From positions 1 through 54,918 of the forward strand of contig JASFLY010000020.1 in the NCBI GenBank assembly GCA_050117845.1: a DNA stretch of 54,918 nt, given 5' to 3'. A program made the position numbers and the translations under genes. The notes beneath the pieces are model-generated. The model ran no database searches and was not told where the DNA came from. It saw nothing but the letters and a program-made list of their open reading frames with translations. This stretch comes from Candidatus Zixiibacteriota bacterium (GTDB lineage Bacteria > RBG-13-66-14 > B26-G2 > WVWN01). Within the stretch, counting starts at the first letter, position 1. Each line of letters starts with the position of its first letter. Of this stretch, positions 43,988 to 53,597 are shown in pieces.

Positions 43988-45997
43988 ATGGCCGTAGGGG
44001 CGCTCAAAAGATACGGCGTCTTCGCCGGCCAGGTCTTCGGGGCCGCCTGTCTCGGCGGCGTTCTGGCCGCGGTGCTGGAGTATGTCTACGGCGCGGTCGG
44101 GGGCCACGGGCCGTTCTGGGGCCAGCCGCGTTTTGCGTACCAGCTCGTATTGGGCGCGGAGGCGTTATGGGCGGCGTTTTGGAGCGGCCTCGTCTTCGTC
44201 GCCGGCGGATCGATATATTACCTGGCGGCGGTGAAAAGGGGACCCGTCCGGCTGGAGTCGCCGCCGCTTCTCATCCTCGCGGTCGCCGTGAGCGGCGCTT
44301 CTTTTTTCTATTTCCTAACGACCGGTAATTACATGTCTTTTTGGCTCAAGCCGTTGCCGGTCGTATTGGGCACCTATCTGCTTGCGCTCGCCGTGTGGTT
44401 CCTGGCCGGGGGCCTGATTTACGCGTTGGCCAACGCCCTCCGGCGTCGCCTGGCGGCGGGTAACGCGATGGCGAGGATACTCCTTCTGGTGGTTGCGGCG
44501 GGTCTTTTGGCGCCGTTCATCGCCGCGGAGGGGTGGGCGATGTGGAACGCCCGCGAGCCGTCCCCCCGGCGGCCGGACATATACCTAGTCGTCATGGACG
44601 CCTTCCGGGCGGACCGACTGAGTTATTACGACGCGCCCCGCTACCTGGCGCCGACCATGGAAATGTACGGCGTGGGGGCGACGGTGTTCACGGAGGCGTA
44701 CGGCGTGTCGTCGTGGACGAAGCCGTCGGTGGCGTCGCTATTTACCGGCGTTTACCCGGGGGCCCACGGCGTCACCGGGAATATTTACCCCCTGCCGGAC
44801 GAGGCCGTGACGCTGGCGGAGGTGATGCGGGACGGGGGCTACCGGACGATTTGCGTGTCGGCGAACCCGAACGTAACGCGGTCGGGACATATGGACGCCG
44901 GGTTCGACATCATGGACGACGTGATGCACGGGCCGGTCTTCAACGCCGTCGGCCCGCCGACGTCGTGCATGCGGCCCTTGTTGGGGTTCGTGGCGCTCAG
45001 GCCCTTGCTGGGGCCGCTCTTCGTCCTTTCCACGGACGGCGTCAAGGTTAACGCGCGATTGGCGTTCTGGTCCCGCTTCGTCGGGGACCGGCCGGTTTTT
45101 TATTACGTGCATTATATGGAGCCGCACATCCCCAATTTGCCCCGCCCCGAATACTATTACGAATACCAACCGTATATGGTCAAAGTCGACCCGGCGCGAT
45201 TGGAGACGGTCGCCTCGGGGCCGTTTTACTGGGACGAATTTTTAAAGGACCCGGATTTTAAGGTGCCGTTGACGCCCGACGAGGTGGCGCTCGCGAAGGC
45301 CCTGTACGACGCGGACATCCGGCGCATGGACGTGGTCATAGAGGGCCTTCTGGAGAACATCGTGGGTGGTTCGGACGGCGAGGCCGAATCGATAGTCGTC
45401 ATTACGGCCGACCACGGCGAGGAGTTCCTGGAACACCGCCGGTGGATGCACGGCGCCGGCATGCACCACGAGGTGGCGCGGATACCGTTAATCGTCAAGG
45501 CCCCGGACGGTCGGCCCGGGCGGGTCGACGGTCTGGTGAACCTCCTCGATATCCCGGTAACGCTGGCCTCGTACGCGGGCCTCGACGCCCCCGCCGCATG
45601 GGAGGGATTGGATCTGCGGCCCTTTATTGCGGCCGGCGGCGAGTTGCCGCGGCGAGAATTGCTGCTGGAGGGCCTCCATACGATACTCCCGCCGTCCGAA
45701 GCAGATGGCCTTAACGCCGACATCGAGTTGAACGGCCTGGTGTCCGGCGATTACTATTACCTGCGGGACGAGAACGCCGGCGTCGAATACCTGTACAATC
45801 GGCGCCGGGACCGTTGGGAACGCGAGAACCTCGCGGCCGGTGGCCCCGGCGAGGAGGCGGCGGCGATACTGACGAGGAGCCGGGACGCGGTGGATCGTTC
45901 CAAAGCGGAAGTCGCGGAGAGCGCGTTCGGCCGGGAGGAAATGGAACTCACGCCGGCGCTCAAAAGACAGCTCAAGAGTATCGGTTACCTGAAGTAG
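43988..45997 (+). CDS. Membrane-anchored sulfatase-like hydrolase/transferase
   Basis: N-terminal TM helices; MDAFRAD, SSWTKPSVASLFTG, HYMEPH, LYD, TADHGEEF, QL.SIGYL. Confidence 0.87.
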   Translation: MAVGALKRYGVFAGQVFGAACLGGVLAAVLEYVYGAVGGHGPFWGQPRFAYQLVLGAEALWAAFWSGLVFVAGGSIYYLAAVKRGPVRLESPPLLILAVAVSGASFFYFLTTGNYMSFWLKPLPVVLGTYLLALAVWFLAGGLIYALANALRRRLAAGNAMARILLLVVAAGLLAPFIAAEGWAMWNAREPSPRRPDIYLVVMDAFRADRLSYYDAPRYLAPTMEMYGVGATVFTEAYGVSSWTKPSVASLFTGVYPGAHGVTGNIYPLPDEAVTLAEVMRDGGYRTICVSANPNVTRSGHMDAGFDIMDDVMHGPVFNAVGPPTSCMRPLLGFVALRPLLGPLFVLSTDGVKVNARLAFWSRFVGDRPVFYYVHYMEPHIPNLPRPEYYYEYQPYMVKVDPARLETVASGPFYWDEFLKDPDFKVPLTPDEVALAKALYDADIRRMDVVIEGLLENIVGGSDGEAESIVVITADHGEEFLEHRRWMHGAGMHHEVARIPLIVKAPDGRPGRVDGLVNLLDIPVTLASYAGLDAPAAWEGLDLRPFIAAGGELPRRELLLEGLHTILPPSEADGLNADIELNGLVSGDYYYLRDENAGVEYLYNRRRDRWERENLAAGGPGEEAAAILTRSRDAVDRSKAEVAESAFGREEMELTPALKRQLKSIGYLK

Positions 45998-46023
45998 GGA
46001 ACGCGCCGGCCGGCACGGGCGGC

Positions 46024-46052
46024 TTGCAAAATACCGTCAATGATAGTAAAAT
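46024..46052 (+). promoter_or_regulatory. selC promoter
   Basis: TTGCAA-17 nt-TAAAAT. Confidence 0.65.
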
Positions 46053-46094
46053 GTTAACGGATAGTAGGGGACGGAGTTTAAATGACGAAACTGC

Positions 46095-46192
46095 GGGGGC
46101 GGAGCTGCTACTGGTGGGCAGGCCGGACTTCAAATCCGTGCGGCGGCACTAATCATGTCGTCGGTGGGTTCGATTCCCACCCGCTCCCCCCA
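46095..46192 (+). tRNA. selC: tRNA-Sec (TCA)
   Basis: 8-bp acceptor plus 5-bp T stem, long D stem with TGGT loop, CTTCAAA anticodon loop (TCA at 46130-46132), 8-bp variable arm, encoded CCA. Confidence 0.95.
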
Positions 46193-46199
46193 AAGTATT

Positions 46200-46229
46200 A
46201 CGCCCGGCGCATAGCCGGGCGTTTCTTTT
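46200..46229 (+). terminator. Terminator after selC
   Basis: ACGCCCGGC-GCATA-GCCGGGCGTTTCTTTT. Confidence 0.8.
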
Positions 46230-46345
46230 CGGCGCGGTACAGTCCCCGCCGTTCTTGACTGTCGGCCCGCGGTAATATATAGTGTAACGCCAATCCCGGC
46301 GCCGGGCGGCTAAGCCGGCCGCCTTTTCCGAAGTCGAGGTCCCTT

Positions 46346-47413
46346 ATGCTATACGACCTTTTAAGCCACGAGATTTGCGAAAACGCCGTATCCGATTACC
46401 TTATCGTCCTGGGGGCGATAATCGGCGGCGTTATATTGCTGCGGATTATCAAGTTCTTCGTGGTGCGCCGTATCGCCGCCTGGGCGAAGAAAACGGACGC
46501 GCCCCTCGACGACGTCCTCGTAAAGAGCGTCTCCAAGCCCCTCCTCCGCCTCCTATACCTCGGCGCGGTATACGCCGCCGTGCAGACCTTAACGATGCCG
46601 GAGGCTACGGCCCGGGGCGTCGATATCGCCGGGAAAATACTGCTGGCCCTGTTCGGCATCCGGTTCGTTATCGCCGTTCTCGTGAACGTGATTAAATATT
46701 ACTGGCTTCCCAAAGAGGCCGACGACGGCCGGGAGAAGACGGTTAGGGCTTTAATGCCCATCATCAAAATCGCCGTTTGGATCGTGGGCCTTATTTTCCT
46801 TATCGATAATCTGGGTTTCCAGATAGGGACCGTCGTGGCGGGCCTCGGGATCGGCGGCGTCGCGGTGGCGCTGGCCGGCCAGGCTATACTCAAAGACCTG
46901 TTTAGCTACTTCGCAATTCTCTTCGACAGGCCGTTCGAAATCGGCGACAACATCGCCGTCGGCGATCAAATGGGGACGGTCGAGAAGGTGGGCGTTAAGA
47001 CGACGCGGATCCGCAGCATCGGCGGCGAACAGTTAATATTCTCGAACGCCGACCTCACCGATTCCCGCGTCCAGAACTACAAGCGGATGGACCGGCGGCG
47101 GATTAGCTTCGAAATCGGCGTTACGTACCAGACGCCCGCGGCCCAGCTGCAGCGTATCCCCGCCATGATCGAGGAAGTAATCGGTCCCGTGGCGAGAACC
47201 GATTTCGACCGGGCCCATTTCGCCTCTTTCGGCGACTCGGCCCTGATATTCGAAGTCGTGTATTTCGTGCAAGGGAACGACTATAAATCCTATATGGACG
47301 TTCAACAGCAAATAAACCTCGCGCTCTTCGAACGTTTCGAGGCCGAAGGTATCGAGTTCGCCTATCCGACACAGACGGTATTCTTGGAACAGGAAGGAAC
47401 ACCTAACGCATGA
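46346..47413 (+). CDS. Small-conductance mechanosensitive channel (MscS family)
   Basis: AGLGIGGVAVALA.Q, FDRPFEIGD, GTVEKVG.KTTRIR, GIEFAYPT; promoter TTGACT-17 nt-TATAGT (46255-46283). Confidence 0.95.
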   Translation: MLYDLLSHEICENAVSDYLIVLGAIIGGVILLRIIKFFVVRRIAAWAKKTDAPLDDVLVKSVSKPLLRLLYLGAVYAAVQTLTMPEATARGVDIAGKILLALFGIRFVIAVLVNVIKYYWLPKEADDGREKTVRALMPIIKIAVWIVGLIFLIDNLGFQIGTVVAGLGIGGVAVALAGQAILKDLFSYFAILFDRPFEIGDNIAVGDQMGTVEKVGVKTTRIRSIGGEQLIFSNADLTDSRVQNYKRMDRRRISFEIGVTYQTPAAQLQRIPAMIEEVIGPVARTDFDRAHFASFGDSALIFEVVYFVQGNDYKSYMDVQQQINLALFERFEAEGIEFAYPTQTVFLEQEGTPNA

Positions 47414-48591
47414 AAACGGTCGAGGTAAATAAAAACATCCGCTGGCTTGGCGTTAAAGACGCCGGCGCGCAATCGTTCGAGGCCGTATTGCCCACTCCGT
47501 GGGGTACTACGTACAACTCGTACCTGATTAGCGCCGAGAAGCCGACCCTCGTGGAAACCGTCAAGGTTAATTTCCGCGACGAATACGTCGAGAAGCTGAA
47601 ATCGCTTATCAACCCGCTCGATATAGCATACGTGATACTCAACCACACCGAGGCCGACCATACCGGCGCCCTGCCCTGGGTCGTCGAGGTCGCGCCCAAC
47701 GCCCGCGTCGTTACCTCCGAAGCGGCGGGCCGCCATACCCATCAACTCTTCCACCTCGAAAAGGACGCCCTGACGGTGGGCGACGGCGACGTTCTGGACC
47801 TGGGCGACCGGGAACTCCGGTTCATAAGCGCCCCGTACCTCCACTGGCCCGATACGATGTTTACGTATTCGCCGGCCGACCGGGCGCTCTTTACCTGCGA
47901 CGCCTTCGGCGTGCACTTCGATCCCAAGGACGGCATCTTCGACGACGAGGCCGGGGACTTCGCCGACGCGTACCGGTACTACTTCGATAATATTATGCGG
48001 CCCTTCCGCGATAAGGTCCTTGCGGCCCTGGATAAGATAGAGGGCCTTGACGTGGACGTAATTTGTACCGGCCACGGGCCGATATTGCGTTCCGACCCGC
48101 GGAAGTACCTGGAATTATACCGCGCGTGGAGCCGGGAGGACGAAACGGATGAGGGTCGGCCGTTGGTCGCGGTCTTTTACGCCGGCGGCGAGGGCAACAT
48201 CGCGCAGATGGCGGACCAGATAGCCCGGGGCCTTATCGCCGGCGGAACCACGCCGGTCGTCCGCAACGTCGACGATATCGCGCCCGCCGACGCGCAGGCT
48301 TTACTCAAGGCCGCGGCCGGCGTCATGTTCGGCGTCCGGGCCTCGGGCGACCTCGGCGAACGCACGAAGGGCATCCTGGAGGGTTTGGCCGAGGAGAGCG
48401 TTCGGGGGAAGGTAGCCGGGGCGTTCGGGCCGTACGGGACGAGCGGGCCGGCGGTCGCCGAGGTCGAGGTTCGCCTGCGCGGGGTGGGCGCCGTGCTGAG
48501 GGAACCGACGCTCGCCGTGGATTTCGCGCCCGACGAGGAAGTCTTCCAGAAATGTCGCCAATTCGGCCTCGCTTTCGCCGGAGCCTTATAG
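47410..48591 (+). CDS. FprA-family flavodiiron protein
   Basis: GTTYNSYLI, NHTEADH, LHWPDTM, FTCDAFG.H, GHGP; flavodoxin-like C-domain. Confidence 0.9.
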   Translation: MKTVEVNKNIRWLGVKDAGAQSFEAVLPTPWGTTYNSYLISAEKPTLVETVKVNFRDEYVEKLKSLINPLDIAYVILNHTEADHTGALPWVVEVAPNARVVTSEAAGRHTHQLFHLEKDALTVGDGDVLDLGDRELRFISAPYLHWPDTMFTYSPADRALFTCDAFGVHFDPKDGIFDDEAGDFADAYRYYFDNIMRPFRDKVLAALDKIEGLDVDVICTGHGPILRSDPRKYLELYRAWSREDETDEGRPLVAVFYAGGEGNIAQMADQIARGLIAGGTTPVVRNVDDIAPADAQALLKAAAGVMFGVRASGDLGERTKGILEGLAEESVRGKVAGAFGPYGTSGPAVAEVEVRLRGVGAVLREPTLAVDFAPDEEVFQKCRQFGLAFAGAL

Positions 48592-48618
48592 GCGGCGTTA
48601 ACCGTAAATATTAAAAGG

Positions 48619-48642
48619 AAAACCCGGCTACGGCCGGGTTTC
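48619..48642. terminator. Bidirectional terminator between convergent genes
   Basis: AAACCCGGC-TACG-GCCGGGTTT. Confidence 0.75.
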
Positions 48643-48670
48643 TTATTGGCGGGCGTTCGGGGAAGACGGG

Positions 48671-49261
48671 TTAGAACCATATGGCCAGCGTTAAGTACGG
48701 CCCCCGGATCTCGACGTCGATATCCAGCCGGGACGAGGCCTCTTCGTCGGCGGGGAGGTCGGATACTTCCCAGTCCGACAGGTGGGCGTCCACGTACGCG
48801 TCCATCATGGAATACGCCAGCGTGCCGACGAAGAGCCAACCCCAGAATTCGGTCTCGACGATATAATCCTGGTGCTTGGCGTATTTTGCTTCCCTGACCG
48901 CTTCGTCCTCGGCCTCGCGGGCCTCCCGCAGGTAGCGCCGGGCCGTAATGTAGTTGTCGATGGCCATATAGAGCGTTCCGGCCTCGGCGGCCATAATACA
49001 GCCGCTTTTTACGTACTTGCCGTTGTATATCTGACCCCAACCGGGGACGGCGAACGAACGCCAAAGCGCCCCGGTGGGCGAGCGGCGTTCCCGGGCCAGC
49101 GCCAGTTCGGCCAGGGCGGCGGAGTCGTAATACCCTTCGCCCTCGAGGGGGGTCAGGATGACGGCCTCGGCCTTTTTCGCCTCGTCCTCGGCAACGTTGA
49201 TGTCCACCGCGCCGGCGGCGCCGGCCACCAGGCAGGCCGCAAGTATCGAGCGTATTAACAT
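48671..49261 (-). CDS. DUF5683-like exported/membrane protein
   Basis: SP..A..RS..VPGWGQIYN..Y.K, DAYVDAHL; ATG at 49261 preferred. Confidence 0.8.
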   Translation of the reverse strand: MLIRSILAACLVAGAAGAVDINVAEDEAKKAEAVILTPLEGEGYYDSAALAELALARERRSPTGALWRSFAVPGWGQIYNGKYVKSGCIMAAEAGTLYMAIDNYITARRYLREAREAEDEAVREAKYAKHQDYIVETEFWGWLFVGTLAYSMMDAYVDAHLSDWEVSDLPADEEASSRLDIDVEIRGPYLTLAIWF

Positions 49262-49389
49262 CGCGGCGATAATACCCCAAGGCGCCGCGGCGGTCAAGCC
49301 GTTAAAGGTTCTCGGGTCCATAATTTACGCCGCCGCCGTTGATTAGTAATTTCGTTTATGGTAGTATAAATGAAAACGCTGGAGTATAC

Positions 49390-51762
49390 ATGGACAAAGA
49401 ATACTTCCCGGAGTTGAGTAAACGACGCCGGGCCAAACGAAAGGCGAAGCGCTCGCGGGTTTCCCGCGTAACGCGCATCGTCTTCTGGGTTCTATACTGG
49501 GGTTGCCTCGTCGGCGTCGGCGCCGGCTTCGGCCTTATGACCGTGCTATCCCGCGGCCTCCCGCCGGTGTCGGGCCTCGAGGACTACGAGCCCTCGCTCC
49601 CCACCAAAATTTACGACCGGAACGGCGTTCTTATTAACCAGTTCCAGGTCGAGCGGCGCTACATACGGCCCTATTCGGCTTTCCCCGAGGATCTCATACA
49701 CGCGACCGTATCCATCGAGGATGAGCGCTTTTACAAACATAACGGCGCCGATTACGAGGGGATGATGCGGGCGATGTGGGCCAACATCAAGGCCGGCCGG
49801 GTCGTCCAGGGCGGATCGACGCTCACCCAGCAGCTCGCGCGCGAGCTCTTCCTTACGCGCGAGCGTACGTACGGTCGTAAAATCCGGGAGGTCCTGCTCG
49901 CCCAGAAGATAGAGAAGTCGTATACCAAAGAAGAAATACTGTGGTTTTACCTGAACCAGACTTATTACGGCCACAACGCGTACGGCGTTGAAGCCGCCGC
50001 CCGGGTGTATTTCAATAAACACGTCGAGGAATTAACGGTGGAGGAGTGCGCGCTTCTCGCGGGACTTCCCCGTTCGACCGGCCGCTACTCGCCGTATTTC
50101 GATCCCGATATGGCTCTGGAGCGTCGCAACACCGTCATCGACAAGATGCACGAACTTGGGTACCTCGACGACGAGCGTTACGAGAAGGCCCGGTCGACGC
50201 CGATAAAGACCGCCCCCGTGGAACGGGAACCGGACAGGGCGCCTTATTTCTCCGAATACATCCGGCGCACGCTCGTTCGTCGCTACGGCTCCGAACAGGT
50301 CTTCCGCGCCGGCCTGAACGTTTATACGACGCTGGACCTGAGATACCAGAAGATAGCCGACGATAAGGTGGAATGGGGCCTGGCCCGGCTCGAGAAGAAC
50401 CACGGCAAGAAGGTAGCCAAGTACAACCCGAACCTTTCCTGGAAGAAGCTCGAGAACGGCCAGGTGCGATACGTTCGGGTTACGGAGATGACCAAGGCCG
50501 TGGCCATATGCGACCTCGGCGGCGGCATTACCGGCACCATGGATATCTCGCCGGCGGTGTGGTCCTTCCCGTTCAAGGCGTCGGACGTCATCAAGGTCGG
50601 GGAGGAAATCCCGGCGAAGGTTACGGGCGTTTACCGCAAGAAGGAGAAAGTCCTCCTGGCCTTCGAAGAGGAGCCCTTCCTCCAGTGTTCCATGCTGGTA
50701 ATGGACGCGGCCACCGGCGACATCCTGGCGATGATCGGCGGGGCCGACTTCGACGAGTCCAAGTTCAACCGCTCCGTGCAGTCGAAGCGTCAGCCCGGGT
50801 CGTCGTTCAAGGTTTTCCTTTACACCGCGGCCATCGACAACGGCTTCACGCCGGCCGACGTCATTCTGGACTCGCCGTTCCGCATCGAGGCCGACGGCGT
50901 GGTATGGCAGCCCCATAACTATAGCCGCAATACCTCCGGCCCCATGACCATCCGCCGGGCCATAGAGCAGTCCATCAACATCGTGGCCGCCCGCGTCATA
51001 GACGAGGTGGGCGTGGAGACGGTTATCGACTACGCCCATCGCATGGGCGTCAAGAGCGAACTCGTCCCGGTGTATTCGCTTGCGCTCGGCTCGAGCGACG
51101 TCACGCTTCTCGATATGGTCAGCGGGTTCTCGACGCTCGCCAATATGGGAGTGCGGACGGAGCCCCGGACCATAACCCGCGTCGAGGACCGCTACGGCAA
51201 CGTCATAGAGGAATTCCCGATCCAGCGGGAGGTCGTGGTCGAGGAGAACACCTGCGCCATTATGATAAATATGATGGAGGGCGTAATCGACCGCGGGACG
51301 GCCGGCCTGGCCCGGCGTTTCGGCTTCAAGGGACGGGGGGCCGGCAAGACCGGCACCACGGACGGCGAGGCGGATACCTGGTTCATCGGTTTCGTTCCCG
51401 AGGGCCTGGTGGCCGGCGTGTGGGTAGGCCGCGACGACCACGAGTCGCTGGGCCACACGGCCACCGGCGAATCGTACGCCGTCCCGATCTGGGCGTCCTT
51501 TATGGCCGAGGCCCTGGGCGACCGGGGCGAAGCGAAGTTCGAGGGCGCGCCCAACGTCGTCAGCGCCCGCATCTGCGAAGAGTCGGGCTTGCTGGCGACG
51601 AGTAAATGCACCCGGGTCATCAGCGAATCGTTCCTTCCCGGTACCGTGCCGACCAAATTCTGCGACATGCACGAAGCGGCCGACTTCGCCCTGCGCGACG
51701 CCGGGGGTGCGGAGGGTGGAAGCGGAGAGCCGGGCGGAACGCCGCCGCCACCCGATTTCTAA
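49390..51762 (+). CDS. mrcA: Penicillin-binding protein 1A (class A PBP)
   Basis: EDERFY.H.G, QGGSTLTQQL, RK..E; transpeptidase QPGSSFK, SIN, KTGT. Confidence 0.95.
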   Translation: MDKEYFPELSKRRRAKRKAKRSRVSRVTRIVFWVLYWGCLVGVGAGFGLMTVLSRGLPPVSGLEDYEPSLPTKIYDRNGVLINQFQVERRYIRPYSAFPEDLIHATVSIEDERFYKHNGADYEGMMRAMWANIKAGRVVQGGSTLTQQLARELFLTRERTYGRKIREVLLAQKIEKSYTKEEILWFYLNQTYYGHNAYGVEAAARVYFNKHVEELTVEECALLAGLPRSTGRYSPYFDPDMALERRNTVIDKMHELGYLDDERYEKARSTPIKTAPVEREPDRAPYFSEYIRRTLVRRYGSEQVFRAGLNVYTTLDLRYQKIADDKVEWGLARLEKNHGKKVAKYNPNLSWKKLENGQVRYVRVTEMTKAVAICDLGGGITGTMDISPAVWSFPFKASDVIKVGEEIPAKVTGVYRKKEKVLLAFEEEPFLQCSMLVMDAATGDILAMIGGADFDESKFNRSVQSKRQPGSSFKVFLYTAAIDNGFTPADVILDSPFRIEADGVVWQPHNYSRNTSGPMTIRRAIEQSINIVAARVIDEVGVETVIDYAHRMGVKSELVPVYSLALGSSDVTLLDMVSGFSTLANMGVRTEPRTITRVEDRYGNVIEEFPIQREVVVEENTCAIMINMMEGVIDRGTAGLARRFGFKGRGAGKTGTTDGEADTWFIGFVPEGLVAGVWVGRDDHESLGHTATGESYAVPIWASFMAEALGDRGEAKFEGAPNVVSARICEESGLLATSKCTRVISESFLPGTVPTKFCDMHEAADFALRDAGGAEGGSGEPGGTPPPPDF

Positions 51763-51785
51763 AAAAGCCGAACTCGTAAACGGCA

Positions 51786-52925
51786 TTGACTCGCGACGAG
51801 AGGATGATGGCCGAGTCCCTCCGGCTCGGCCGATTGCGTAAGGGGCGCACCGGCCCGAATCCGGCCGTGGGATGCGTTATCGCCCGGGGCGACGAGGTAG
51901 TGGGCCGCGGGTACCACGAGAGGGCCGGGGAGGCGCACGCCGAAGTCGTGGCCCTGCGGGAAGCGGGCCCCAGGGCGCGGGGCGCCACCCTCTACGTGAC
52001 CCTCGAGCCCTGCTGTACCGTCGGGAGGACGCCGGCCTGCGCGCCGGGCATCGTGGAGGCGGGCGTGGGCCGGGTCGTCATAGGGACGCTCGACCCCCAT
52101 CCGAAGGTCTCGGGCCGCGGGGCGCGGATCCTGCGGAAGGCCGGCCTGGAGGTCGAGGTCGGCGTGAAACAGGCGGAATGCCGCCACCTCGTTGAGGATT
52201 TCGCGAAGGCCGTCGTCCGGGGAAGGCCCTGGGTAACCGCCAAGTTCGCGACGTCGCTCGACGGGAAGATTGCGACCCGCGAGGGCGACGCGACGTGGAT
52301 TACCGGGCCGGCGGCCCGCCGACGGGCCCACGCTTTGCGGCGAGAGCACGCGGCCGTCGCCGTCGGGGCCGGGACGGCCCGGGCCGACGATCCCCGGTTG
52401 ACCGTGCGATTGGGCCGGAGAGAGTTGACGGAAGGCCCCGTACGTATAGTGATCTCTTCCCGGGCGGCGGTCCCGCCCGGCGCTCGCATTTTGGAAACGG
52501 CGCCGCATCCGCCGATTTGGGTGGCGTGCACGCGGCGGGCGAGCGAACGCAACATAGGCCGGTTGACCGCGAGGGGCGCGGAAATTATAATATGTCGGGA
52601 AGCCGGAGGCCGCGTTTCGCTGCCGGATCTCCTCCGGCGCCTGGCCGGCCGGGGGATAACGAGCCTTCTGGTCGAGGGCGGCGAGGAGCTTTTGGGCGCC
52701 TTTTTCGACGCGCGGCTCGTCGACCGGGTCGAGGCCTTCGTGGCGCCGAAGGTAATCGGCGGCGCCCGGGCCAAGGGTCCCGTGGGCGGCCGTGGAATAG
52801 GCCGGCTCCGCGACGCCCCGGAACTCCGCGAAGTCAAGACCCGGCGCGCTGGCGAGGACGTTTGGATTTCGGGTTACGTTACGGACGTGGACGAACTTTT
52901 CGCCCGGGTCCCGGTTCGAATATAG
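51786..52925 (+). CDS. ribD: Riboflavin biosynthesis deaminase/reductase
   Basis: PNPAVG, HAE, TLEPC, SLDGKIA, DDPRLT.R, LVEGG. Confidence 0.96.
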   Translation: MTRDERMMAESLRLGRLRKGRTGPNPAVGCVIARGDEVVGRGYHERAGEAHAEVVALREAGPRARGATLYVTLEPCCTVGRTPACAPGIVEAGVGRVVIGTLDPHPKVSGRGARILRKAGLEVEVGVKQAECRHLVEDFAKAVVRGRPWVTAKFATSLDGKIATREGDATWITGPAARRRAHALRREHAAVAVGAGTARADDPRLTVRLGRRELTEGPVRIVISSRAAVPPGARILETAPHPPIWVACTRRASERNIGRLTARGAEIIICREAGGRVSLPDLLRRLAGRGITSLLVEGGEELLGAFFDARLVDRVEAFVAPKVIGGARAKGPVGGRGIGRLRDAPELREVKTRRAGEDVWISGYVTDVDELFARVPVRI

Positions 52926-52944
52926 GACGGGTTAATCGGAAGAT

Positions 52945-53586
52945 ATGTTTACGGGGATAGTGGCGGAAATCGGCGCGGTTGCGGCGCTGGAACGGGAGTC
53001 GGCGGGCGCGCGGATTTCCGTTCGGGCCGAGCGGACGGCCGGCGGCCTTGCGGTCGGGGACAGCGTGGCCGTGGAGGGCGTTTGCCTGACGGCGACGGCC
53101 GTACAGGGCGGCGAGTTCCGGGCGGACGTCTCCGGCGAGACGCTGGCGGCCTCGACGCTGGGCGACTTGCGGCCGGGCGACCCCGTAAATCTCGAGGCCG
53201 CGATGGCCCTGGGCGCGCCGCTGGGCGGCCACCTGGTCCAGGGCCACGTGGACGGCGTCGGGACGGTGCGTGAACTCCGGCGGGCCGAGGGTGGTTATTA
53301 TCTTCGCGTGGAAGTGCCGCCGGGGATAGGCCGGTACGTCGTCGAGAAAGGTTCGGTCGCCGTTTCGGGCGTCAGCCTGACGGCGATAGACGTTTCGGCG
53401 GAGGCTTTCGGCGTCGCGTTAATCCCCCACACGTACGAGCGAACGACGCTGCAACGCCTGCGGCCGGGGAGCCGGGTCAACGTCGAGGCGGACTTGATAG
53501 CCAAATACGTCGAGCGCTTCGTGAGCGGCGGCGCCGCCGAAGGCTTGAGCGCGGAGAGGTTGGCCGAACTGGGATACGGTACTTAA
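52945..53586 (+). CDS. ribE: Riboflavin synthase (alpha chain)
   Basis: MFTGIV, GVCLT, GGHLVQGHVD, KGSVAV.GVSLT, LIPHT. Confidence 0.97.
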   Translation: MFTGIVAEIGAVAALERESAGARISVRAERTAGGLAVGDSVAVEGVCLTATAVQGGEFRADVSGETLAASTLGDLRPGDPVNLEAAMALGAPLGGHLVQGHVDGVGTVRELRRAEGGYYLRVEVPPGIGRYVVEKGSVAVSGVSLTAIDVSAEAFGVALIPHTYERTTLQRLRPGSRVNVEADLIAKYVERFVSGGAAEGLSAERLAELGYGT

Positions 53587-53597
53587 GGCGGCCCTTT

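Noticed and set aside
51763..51785. FMN riboswitch ahead of ribD
   Set aside because: The gap is only about 23 nt with no RFN motif; the rib genes appear to follow PBP1A directly.
50032..51786. Long antisense or alternate-frame ORFs (also 18067-19443, 22445-23833, 26438-28180, 53583-54872)
   Set aside because: These are shadows of well-supported genes in high-GC DNA, with low-complexity or motif-free translations.
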